The notes beneath the pieces are model-generated. The model was not told the DNA's origin, did not search any database, and saw only the letters and a program-made list of their open reading frames with translations. 64,000 bases of DNA from positions 28,706,001-28,770,000 of the forward strand of contig OZ116700.1 of the NCBI GenBank assembly GCA_964199315.1. Direction: 5' to 3'. Made by a program: the position numbers and the translations under genes. Numbering within the stretch: position 1 is the first letter of the stretch; each line of letters starts with the position of its first letter. This DNA comes from Orbicella franksi. Its lineage: Eukaryota. Below are positions 44,301 to 56,300 of the stretch, one piece after another.

Positions 44301-47300
44301 NNNNNNNNNNTCCGCCTTACTCTCCAAAGGGAGGTATTGGTCTAGTTACAACAAAGGTTTCAACGTTAACTAATAACAATACAAAAGAATATTTACCATA
44401 TCCGTATGCAATAAATTGGGAAACTCGTACTGCTAATTACTTTTGTGAATTGAGAATCTCTTTGCTTTTTTGAAACATTAAATGGATATATTTACCTATT
44501 ATTTTAGATGTAACCGTGTTTTCTGCTCTAAGTAAATATTTCGTCTTCTCGTTATCACTTAAACTGGGGTAATGGGTGTCAGCGTTTGAAATATGTGAGT
44601 GCAGCTCACGTCTTAATGAGGTACACCCCCGACAATACATCAAGAAATGCTGTTGGTGTTCTATGCAATTTTATTTGAGTTAGTCAGTGGGTCAGTCAGT
44701 GAGTGAGTCACTCAGTTAGTCAGTCAGTCAGTCAGTCAGTGATACATTCATACTAAGTCAGTACTTGAAAATCTTGTAAACAATATGCTGGTCTAGTTCT
44801 TTATTACCTAATGGACAGGACTTGCAATCTTGAGAACTCGTTCCTGGTGTTTTATCAAATGGGACGAACGAACCATTGGGACATCTCTTGCAGTTTTCTT
44901 CCACGTAACCGACATCATCGGAGTAAAATCCTCCTAGAAAAACAGAATATGTTTTTTAATGAAATCCAAAACTGGGAATCACTCTTATATCACACCGGAC
45001 TGGAGCTCGTGCATCCTGCATCCTTTTCAATGAAACAAGGTGAATCTGATTTTTTGAGAAGTTGTCTCTTATTTGATCGTACCACAAATAGTAAAGACGA
45101 CGCTACTTACGGCAACCAAATGTTTGTTATGAATACAAACTGCACTTTTTGACTCGTGGGTAGTAACTATCAACTGCCAACGAAGTGTCATTTTTAAAAG
45201 AAACAATTACAACGAGAAAACACCTCATTTGGATGAATAGTCGATATTCTTGCAGTGGTGACATACCCGGAGGGCACTGTATACATCCTTCAGCTCCTTT
45301 AGAAGAAAAGTTGGAAAATGTTCCCACGGGACACGGTAGAAATGTATAAGAATAATTGTCACTGTTGCGTCTACCGCTGAATCCAGCGGCGACAAGAGCA
45401 TCATTTAAGAATGGGCTCTCCTTCCAAGTGACGTTAATTGTTTCATCAATAGAATTCACCGGATTTCTAGGAGAGAAAGAGAGAGTAATTCCTTTATTGT
45501 GTATAATTTAGTGGTATACCATGTGGTAGCTAGCAAGCCAATAAAAACGCTAACCCACTTGATATTATTTTTATCCACACGTGTCGTATCATTTTTGATA
45601 TCATTTTTTACCCTTTAACTGTACTTAAATCTGTAGGTGTACGATCGAAACATCTTCGCATCTTCCTCGGAGTTCTTTGGTATTTTTCGTAAATCTTGGG
45701 TGTTTTTCAGAAAATGTTTGGCCTTCGAACAACGTTTGGAGAATCATCGGAAATCTTCGGAAGGTGGTCGGAAATCTTCGGAAAATCGTCAAAAGCGTTG
45801 TATGTGGGGATTTTACATAATAAAAATTACATGGTCGCTTGGAGATACGAAATTTCTCTTTTCACGTCGAAAAATATCTCAATGATTCGCTGTACTCACC
45901 CGTAAAATATTTTTTAACACTCGATGTAACATCCTGTATTTCATATATACAGAACAGGTGGTTAAAAGAAATGTTTTGGTATGTCATTAAAATTACTAAC
46001 AGATAAATCGTGCAGCGTCTCAGACCTTGAAACTCGTATTTTAGTGTCCTCAGGGTACGATTTTTTATAACCCTGAAAGAAAGAAAGAAAGAAAGAAAGA
46101 AAGAGAGAAAGAGAGAAAAAAGAGAGATAGAACGAAAGAATGAATGAACGAACGAACGAACGAACGACAAAACGAACAGACGTACTATCGAACGAACATG
46201 TGTATGTGTGTATGAATGAATGAATGAATGAATGAATAAATGAATGAATGAATGAACGAATTTACACCTTACTGCTCACTATTAGTTATTAGTTATAAAT
46301 TAGATTTATTGTAATTCTATTAAATTTTAGATCGTTTTATCTTTTTTTTGTTTTTAGATTTGGGGCTGCGCCTCGCATGGGATACTTTCCCGTTCGCGCA
46401 ATCCCTGTTGGTCTTTACGTTTTATTTCTTTTTGTTTTGCTATATAATTTTATGAACATATATTTACCTATGACACCAATAAAGTTGATAGACATTTAAG
46501 AGAGAATAGTAGAGGCGGATTCAGTATCACTAATTAACCCTTATTCGTAGAGCTTTCTTCTGTCAAAATTTAAGGTGCCTATTTGAGGGACCAAATCTTT
46601 TTTTTCATAACTGGCTTTGCTCTAGACCATCCTTGATGGGATCAATATAAAATTTTCACAAGTTATTTAATTTAAATGAATGTATATTATGGATGTGAGA
46701 AACGAGAAACTTAGACACTAATACCACTGTTTCTTTATCAGTGGTCTCAAAGACAGTTTTCTTCAGGACTTTTTGTATGTGTTATTTGATTCTATTAATT
46801 TTTTTACCAAGAAAAGTGACTATCAAATCAGAAACTGTAGGTTTGATTCTCAGACGGTCGGAAGCGGCTTGCTCTCACTCTAACCCCCCCAAGAAAGTGA
46901 GAGCGAGCCGTTGAGAGTAAAGCTTTAGACTACTTTACATTTGTAAATCAAGACCACGGAGACCGATGAAGGACTCGAAGCTCAATATCTTCAGTTTTGT
47001 CCGGAGTAAATATCTACGAAAGAAAAGTATCGTATAAGAGAGAAAACCTAGAAACAAGGTTTAAAGAAAGCCATGTAAATTTGAAAAAGATTCCCCTTGA
47101 TAGCAATGGTTAATTTGTTTTGAATGTAAAACTTGTGACATTTATAGCTGTGCCAGGTGGAACATTTATAGCTGAGAAAAAATTACTTTGTGTCGACGGG
47201 TTTCTTTTTGTATCTGTAGAAAAATCATAATGTTTTTCTGGGAATTGTTACTTACATTCTTAAACTTTCGATACCAACAGTAAATGCCTCTGGTTCAATC

Positions 47301-50300
47301 GTCTTAATGGGATTGTCTGAAAGCAATCTTAAAGAAAACATTAAAGAAGTTAAGGAGTGACCAAGCTACTTACACGACTGACTGATTGATTCTGGGACTG
47401 TGTCTTACTGAATGTGTCGCTGTACATGTGACCGACTGTGTGATTTTGACTGTCCAACTATCCAACTATCCGTCTGTCCGACTGTATGACTGTCTGACTT
47501 TCTGACTGGCTGTGTCACTGACTGATTGACTGCTGTGTGACAGTGTGACGGTGTGACTTTCTAACTGGGAACAAATTGACTTAGCCAATTTTAGGGTAGC
47601 TCAGAGTCCACGGCAACACAGGGTTGTTAGGCGTTCAATGTCAAAAATGCTTGGACGTTTTCGTGGACACAGCGTCCGAAATGTATTTCTCCTGCATCTT
47701 AAAAATTGTGCGATCTATATGTGACGGAAAATAACAACCATTTATAATATGTTCCTTATTTCCTATAAAAGAATGTTAAGATACTCACAGATTTTTAAGA
47801 AACACGTTGTTGGTAATAGTTCCATTTGATATAGCTCTTATCTTGTTATTGTGTAGAAATCTGGAGATCAGTCAGTGAACAGCACTTGTTTTTAATAAAC
47901 TCAAATCCAAGGTATAACGAAGCTCTTGCATTTTGGTTAGTCCAATAGTTGCAAAGCGTAGTATCTATCATTGGCAAACTCTGACAGGCTAACCAAAATG
48001 TGTCTCTCGAAAAATCTGTAGTTACCCCTGAACTTTGTCGCGAACGCGATTTTCTTTATTTACTAACACAGCGACTGATTTGACATGGAGGAAAAGATTC
48101 TCGCTTCGAGCACATGCTTCGCAGAAGTGGTTACTAAGCCTATAGTCTCGTGGAGTGGTAGCTAGGCCCTCCGCGACACTCCCCAGCCGAGAAATTCTAA
48201 CTGTCAATGTTCGGGATAAAAGAAAATTTCAACAGAACGAAATGGAGTCATTACAGAAAAAAATAAAAAAAGAGTAACAATTTGCGATCAGGATTAAATG
48301 TTCAACAGTTTGTTTAGGGCTTGTCTTGCTTTAACAGCTGCCCTCCGGATTGGGCGCTCATTCCCAAGTTTCTGTCCGCTCCTCTGGTGACTTGCATCAT
48401 GCTGGTCAACCTCACTTCGGCTGGGCTGGACTGGGGTCTCTCTTTGTTCAGCACATTACAAGGGGATGGGAAGTTGAGCGTACGGTTTAGTAACTTCCCT
48501 GACGCTGTCCGGACTGTAGCTGCTCTGATTTCCTCGTCTGTACTTGAAATGAGTTCCTCTGCAACTTCCAGGTACCTAGTGGCGAACTTTCCTTTAGAAG
48601 TATAACGTCTCCTTTAGTAGGTTGGGTTGAGGATTGTGTCCTGGGAGCTTTTAAGTGTCTCTGGGTCCGTTCACGCAAACTCAATACATATTCGTTGAAC
48701 CATAGCTTCCAAAACATGTCAAGATGTTTCTGACCTTTACGCCACATGTCAAGGAGTTTTTGTGAAGAACTCAACTCGCTAAAGAAATCTGGGTCTTGTT
48801 GTCGATCTTCTTCTGCTAAGGAGATACGCCTGTTTTGGGGTTTAGGCTGAGGAAATCTCCTGGGGTGAGTGTGAATCCAGAGCTGAAGTCTGCTCCTACG
48901 TAGACTAATGGAATTGACAACTGCTTCGACCTCTTTTAAAACGGTTTCCCTTTGAACCATAGTAAGACAAATCTTTCCAATACTCTTTCGAAGAAATTGC
49001 TTTACAAGTCCGATAAGTCTTTCATAAAAACCACCCATCCAGGGGGCCAGTTCAATGATGAAGCTGCATTTTATGCCTTTGTTGGCCAGGTAAGTTTGTG
49101 TGTCAGGACTTGTCGTAGAGAGTTGCCAGGCTTCCGCAACAGTTGACTTTACTACTTTGAACCGAGAAGCATTGTCGGAAATTATCTGTTTCGGTTTTCC
49201 ACGTGTGGCAATGAATCTCCTTAGGCATAACAGGAATTGTTCGGCAGTCATGTCATCAGCCACTTCTACGTCAATAGCCCTAACAGCTAAACAAGTAAAC
49301 AGACACAACCAGACTTTTTGGGTTGCTGATAGCTGACTGACTTTCACATACAAGGGTCCAAGATAGTCAAGACCGGTGTAGGTAAAGGGCGGAGATTCTT
49401 CTATTCTTGATCGTGGATAAGGAGCCATTGCGGGCATTCTGTATGGTGCTCCTTGATGTCGTCTGCATCTCAAGTAGATGAGTAGAACTCTTGTTACAGA
49501 TGATCATCCTTGTGGAATCCAGAATTCTCTTCTGATAGCTGTTATGTGTGAGATACACCTGCATGCATCAACTTATCATGGAAACTCTTTATCACCAAGC
49601 TTGTAAAGACATGGTGCCTCGGAAAGAGTTTTGGGAACACAGTATGTTCTGGGAGGTTTTCACTGATCAATCTACCATGGCACCGTAGTACTCCGTTTTC
49701 ATCCAACTGCAGACCTAATTGCTTCTTCAGATGGTGTCTTGAATTTTCTGTGACTGCATTGATTTCTGGTGTGAACGCACTCTTTTGGACATAATTCTCC
49801 CACATGACCTTTGCTTGGCTTATTTCGTCCGATGTAAACTGGCCTTTGATTGTACTCTTCTTCTGTAGTTTTCGGATTAATCGCAAAGCCCAAGCGTTCA
49901 CTCTGAGTAGTTTGGTTAGAGGAGTAATTTCTTTCGTTGATGCCAAAGGGGGCAACTGGCTTGTCAAAGGGCATTTTGCTGCTCTCTCTCGGTATTTCAG
50001 CCAATGTTGCGGTCTCATACATAACACGTGGCCCAGGAGACTGTTTGATATTCTGTTCAGACATCTTGCTGTTAAACTGTGTTGACTTCCACGAGGGCCA
50101 TTGTGATGGATGATCAGTTAACCACGATGGGCCAGGCAACCACAAGTTATTGTGGATAAGTTCATCGGTTAGAACACCTCTGGTAGCCAGATCAGCGGGA
50201 TTTTGTGAAGACACATAGTCGAACTTGATGTCCATGTGTGAGGTAATCTGTCTAAGCCGGTTCTGAACAAACACGGGTAATGGCTTACAAGTTTTCATCC

Positions 50301-53300
50301 AGTGAAGAACACACTGTGAGTTGGTCCACAGAAATCTATCTACCACGGACAACTGAAGTTGCTGAGTTACATAGTTAAGGTATTTCGTTCCGATAAGAAC
50401 ACCTAGTAGTTTCAACCTTGGAATGCTGAGAGGTTTGGCTGGGGCAACGCTTGCTTTGGAAAACACCAGGTTGACAGTTGCTTTTCCATTTACTGAGGAG
50501 TAGAGGTATACTGCTGCTAAATAGGCTTTGGCAAAGGCATCTGTAAAGCAGAACAGTTTGTGTTCATCTCCTCCAATATATCTGGGTAATGGCTGAGAGG
50601 ACAATGGAGTCTGGTTCTCACTTATCTTGCTCCATTCTTGTTGCTGTGACTGACTGAATGTCTCGTCCCAATCTTTTTCTTGTTTCCACAGTTCCTGAAT
50701 GAACAGCTTTGCATTCAGAGTGGCTGAAGAAAAGAGACCCAATGGGTCGTAAATTCTGCTGACAGACTGCAATGCTTCCCTTTTTGTGATCACGTCGGAG
50801 GAGAGATTGTGAGATCCATTGATGAAAATGGTATCTGTGGTCAAATACCAGGAGGTTCCTAGGACCTTCATGGTTTCTGCACTGGTTCGATCACATTCTG
50901 GGATATTCTGGAGAAATTCAGAGGAGTTCGAAGCCCACTCACGAAGATTCATTGATGCGGATTGGAAGAGAGTCTTGGCTTCTTTGTACAGCTCATCTGC
51001 TTGTGTTGATGTTTTAACGCCTGTAATCATGTTGTCTACATACATGTTATCCGCTATCTGGTGAGCGATGGGGTTCTTAATTGTTGCGGCCAACAGAAAT
51101 GGACTGGATATCATACCAAATGGGACTCTGGTGAATCTCAGTACTTGAATATTGTTCTCAAGGGTAGGCTTGGAAGGGTCTTTTAACCAGAGGAACTTTG
51201 TTACATCTAGATCATCAGGTTGCAGGAAGGCTTTCTCCACATCTGCAACTAGCGCCACTTTGTGAAGCCTGAACCTCAAGAGAAGGCCACATAGATCCTT
51301 CAATATGACAGGGCTACGGTGAAGGCTTTCGTTTAGGCTTTGATTCTTCTTTCTGGTCTTTGCGGAGGCGTCGGAGCTTATTAACGGTTTATTTTAGCGG
51401 CATCGATAGTAAGGGCTATTTTAATGTTTTGGTTTCAAAAAGAAGAGGAGAAATTAACAGGAAAAAAAGGGGCTGATGTGGTGTCGAACCGGTCTCTCGA
51501 CAAAACGTTAGTTTATTCGAACTTGATCAAAGGGCATTAATTTTGTAAACATAATACTTGCGTATCCGTCGGCTCGAACAACTAGCGGTCGCTGATTTTA
51601 TTTCATTGAATTCGTTTTTTGAAAACGCTACACGCTCAAATGCTCAAACTTCACTTCAAAAAAAGACCTTGAAAAGTTTATCGACGACGGCATATATAAA
51701 TGGGCGAATCTTTCGATACACTCGGAACTTTATTAATCGAAGGTGTATTTCAATGCGAACTTAAATGGTTTACACTAGCAGCATCAATAGTACGGCCTAT
51801 TTTAATGTTTTGGTTTCAAAAAGAAGAGGAGAAATTAACAGGAAAAAAAGGGGCTGATGTTGTGTCGAACCGGTCTCATGACGACAAAATATTAACCCTC
51901 GCGACGCGTAGCGCTTTCATCGCTTGTGCTAAGGAGACAACGTGACCGCATTAAATTAATGTTATAAAAACAAAACTTGTATCGGCTCGAACAACAAGCG
52001 GTCGCTGATATTCGCTTTTTGAAAACGCTACACGCGCAAACGCTCAAACTTCACTTTAAAAAGAGACCTTGAAAAGTTTATCCACGACGGCATCGATAAA
52101 TGGGCGAATCTTTCGATATACACGGAATGTTATTAATCGAAGATGGATTTCGATGCGAACTTGAACGGTTTATTTTAGGACTAGCAGCATCGACAGTACG
52201 GGCTATTTTAATATTTTGGTTTCAAAAAGAAGGGGAGAAATTAACAAAAAAAAAAAAAAAAAAAAAAGAAGAGGGGCTAATGCCGTGTTGAACTCGACCC
52301 ACTATAATCATACCCGCTTTCGTTGATTTTAGCGGTATCGATAGCACGGGTTCTCGGAAAGGGTGCTTTGGTTTTAAAAAGAAGACAGATAACGAAAAAA
52401 AAAAAAAAATCGATTGTTGTGTTGTCGAACCAAACTTCAGTTTAATAGTCAGCGGCCTGGAGCGCAGCGCTTTAATCGCTTGCGCCATCAAAGCACAGTA
52501 TGCCAAGAGAGACAATTATTTCTTTTTGAAATACTTGTTTCGGCTCCATTAACTACTTTATACTATTCGAAGGTGGACTTAAATACGAACTTGAAAACGG
52601 TTTATTTTAGCACATCGACAGCAAGGATTCTTGGAAAGGGTGCTTAGGTTTTAAAAAGAAGAAGAGAGATAACGAAAAAAAAAAAAATCATCCGAAATGA
52701 TATCGAACCACCACCTGAGGATTTAGTAAATGGACCGCAGCGCAGCGCGTTAATCGCTTGCGCTAACAGAGCAGCGTTACCAGATCGGTTCAATTATTTG
52801 TTTATATTACTTGTTTCAGCTCCATCAACTGGCGGCTAAAGTGACGCTTCGCTGATTTCATTGTTCAGCGAAACAAAAGACTTCTTTTGTTTCTCGTGCA
52901 ACAAAAGATCTCCAAAAGATGCCGCAGGAAAACGGAGTTTTTTTTGCATACGTTATTTCTCGAAAACGAAGAGCAAACCAGCGAAAAAAAATACAGGGTG
53001 ATGTTTTTCTATTAAATTGAAAACCACATGCAAAAATTCAGGCACTTTTGAGTAAAAAAAAAACACACACACAAAATCGTCACTTAGCATGGTTTTGCAC
53101 TCACCCCTTCAATTCTAAGTTTTATTGTTGTCTTCTCAGGTGTCAGTACCTCATGGTGTGGAATGTAGTGTTTCAAGGTGTTTGTACAATTTTCATCTGG
53201 GACGACTTCCACAATTTCCTTCTGTACTTGGTCCTGGATTACGGCATCATATTTCTGGAGATGTTCGTCATTTCGTGACAGTCGTTTGACTTGGGATCTC

Positions 53301-56300
53301 AATCCTCCCATTGCCAGTTCATAATTGGTTGGTAATGATGGAAACTCTTCTTTCCAAGGCCAGGTTACTTGGTAACGTCCGCCTTCAAAGTGGATCGTTT
53401 CGTTAAATTTTGCAGAGATTTGTCATCGTCATTTTCTTGCACAGACTCTCTAATGCCCAGGGTCTCAAGTTTCCAAACCTCTTCAAGGTGTGTCTTTTGT
53501 TCAGCTAATGGTTGCTGGTCATCTGACTGAGCACTCAGATGTACACTGATAGGACTGGATTTGTAGGTCAGCATTGAGATGGAGCTGTCTGGTTTGTCAT
53601 CCTGACACTTCACTCTGCCTGTTAGGATCCATCCCAACTTGGATTCTATGAGGTCTAATCCTGGACTGATTACTTTCATTGAAATGTCACCAGAGGAAAT
53701 ATCACAGTAATAATCATTTCCTAGCAACAGTTCCATGTTGGCAGTTTCTTTAGTTGAGGGTACTGAATCGGCAAGAGGAATGTCCTTAAGTAAGTGACTA
53801 AATTTCTCCGGGTTGAGGTATGCTCGTTGTAGGTTACCAGTTATCTTGGGTACAACATTAAACATTAAATGCAGAGATGATCCATCTTTTGTTAACAGCC
53901 AGAGTTCAGTGACAGTCGTGTGAAGCTCTCTGGGTTTTGATGCACTGAATGTGTACACTGTCAGTGTTTCTGATCCTGTGATTGGCAACTGGAGTTTCTC
54001 TGCTAGCTCATTGGTGATGTAGGTCCTTTGGCTGCCTGTGTGTAGAAGCAATCTGGTGGTCACTTTTCTTGATTTTTGCAAATTTTCTACTTCAATGGTG
54101 GCAGTTTGCATCAGTACTTGTTTATCAGAGGACAGCAAGGTATGTTCTGTAGCAACAGTAGCAGATAAGGGTTCAGTAGCAGAATGTGCCATTTCTGAGG
54201 GCTTCTTAACTGGAAACTTCTTGATGCAGAGACTTCCGTGGTGACGATTTCTTTGTTTGCAGTAAACACACGCCTTCTTCACTGTACAGTTTTTCTGGTG
54301 GTGACCTTGTTTGAGACAAATAAAACAGTGTCCCTTGATCTTTTCTTTCCTAGCTGTCACAGTAGGGAACTTTTGACACTCATCACTCCAGTGTTGTCCA
54401 CTGCAACAAATGCAAATCGTATTCTTTCTTCCAGTGAGATTCTGCGGTAGTTTGGTTTCAGACAGTAATGCACCAGTATTAGTGTTAGAATCAAACTGGG
54501 TGACCTGTGTTGTAGACCACATGTTTCCAACCGAGCCTTTGTAATCAAATTTGTCAGAACTTTGCCTATCTGCATTTTCCCTGTTACTAATGTACCTATG
54601 CAACTGATCTCTGAGTAGCCGTACTGTCCATTCGTCACCATCATTTTTTCTGGTCAGTCAGGTGGATGAGAATATCTTGGGTAACTTAACCATTATCAGG
54701 GACACTAGCATTTTACTCTCAATATCCCCTCCAAGAGCTTCTAGTGATCTAAGGTGTTCTTCAATGAGATCATAGTTCTTGCGTAGGGCTGATGTTTGAC
54801 TTGAGGAGGCAGGTAAATCCATAAGACTAGAATAACGAACATTGATGATGACCACATTTTGTCCATAACGTTCGTTCGACAATTTTATGGACTGTTCGTA
54901 ATTTGCATTAGTCAAGGATTGTCCTGAGATAACATCTGCAGCATCTCCTTCTAGCTGAGATCTGAGGTAATTAATTTTCTCTACTGGACTGAGAGATGGA
55001 TTAGAATGTATGGCTGAGTTAAAGGAATCCCAGAATTCCTGCCATTCCTACCTTGTTTAGTGTCAACTTCTAATTTCTAACTCAGTTTCTCTTGCTCCCA
55101 GGGTAAGTCGCTCTGCCTCAATTTTTAATTTTCGGTGCTCAATTTCGGCCTTCTGCTTTTCGATCTCCAACATCTTCTGTTCGAGTTCAAAGTTCACCTT
55201 ACTTGTCCCTCGTTGTGACTTGAATTCCATTCGATCCTTTATCATGGCCATTTTTGAGCTCAATCCTACCACGACTTCTTCTGCTTGCAAAACAAGGTTA
55301 ACATATTCTTCATAACCTTTCATCACCTTGTCGTGTGCTTTCCCAGTGATTTTTGCAGCGGCTTCAAGTTGTCCGCGAAGGCTTTGATAAACAGTTAAAT
55401 GCTGCTGTAGGCGGTCTCGCTTGTCACGGGTTTCGTCCAAAAGTTGTTCTAAATCACCATCGATGGGACGTTCCTTCATTTCTTTTGCTGCCTCAAGGTT
55501 CATAGTTACATGCCTTTTCCTTGGGTCAATAAGTCTTCTTATGTCACCCAAGTCTGTCATCTTGTCGGCGGGGTCGGTTCAATTCATGGCTGCTGTTGTT
55601 GATTTCGTCGAGCGAGCGAATTCGTAATTTTGTCTTTTTCTTTGTTGACGGTTCTTCTCCGGTTTAAAACAGGCTGTCCTCCACGGAAGATTAAAGTCGG
55701 CGTTTCGGCAGTGGATTTAGCCGCTCTGCTACCATGTCGCGAACGCGATTTTCTTTATTTACTAGGACAACGACTGATTTAACATGGAGGAAAAGATTCT
55801 CGCTTCGGGCATATGCTCCGCAGGAGTGGTTACTAAGCCTATAGTCTCTTGGAGTGGTCGCTAGGCCCTCCGCGACAAACTTAGCCTATGAACAATCGCA
55901 TTGCTTTTATGTGATACATGCGTCATTCATTCCTTTGATAGAATGTGTTCTAAAGATGTGAAAAACCATTGTCTCTCAATAGATTACCATGGGTCGGTCG
56001 ACGGGTCGAAGGATGATGGAAAACTGCTTACGAGTATGACATTAATTTTACAAGAAGTATTTTTCACCCACTTCGCTGACGTTATATTTAAAAATGAGGC
56101 CTTATCCATCAAGTTTGCAATTGATCTATCGATATTCTCGAAACCCTTGCTTTCTCTTACATACTCACATAAATAGTATGTTCGTCAAAGAAGAGAACAA
56201 GCCCTGCGGTAAATATTGAATCTTGTTGAAGGAAAGATCCCTGTGAAATTAAAAATCTCTCATTACATCTCTTCTCTTGGTGTCCTCTGTTGCTCATGGA

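Larger units (their letters stand above)
48036..55877 (-). mobile_element. BEL/Pao LTR retrotransposon, full-length but decayed
   Basis: 143-bp LTRs at 48036-48178 and 55735-55877 (TG...CA) and a 5-bp TSD AACTT (48031-48035, 55878-55882). Minus-strand fragments run in BEL order: gag coiled coil (55560-55063), DUF1759-like (about 55050-54658), three Cys/His knuckles, protease (LLHTGSQRTYI), RT (ADVEKAFLQ, RVPFGMISSPFLL, NMYVDN), RNase H (FTDAFAKAY), integrase (HAGVSHT, GLDYLGP, SDNA, GGFYERLIG) and a C-terminal FWKLWFNEYVLSLRER. There are many frameshifts and stops. Confidence 0.95.

Noticed and set aside
43848-44345. Poly-SN, poly-TV and poly-L ORFs
   Set aside because: These are translations of the (AGTAAC)n microsatellite and an N gap, inside an intron of copy B.
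51374-53109. CRISPR-like array
   Set aside because: The units are about 400 bp tandem repeats without short repeats and unique spacers, the context is eukaryotic, and there are no cas genes.
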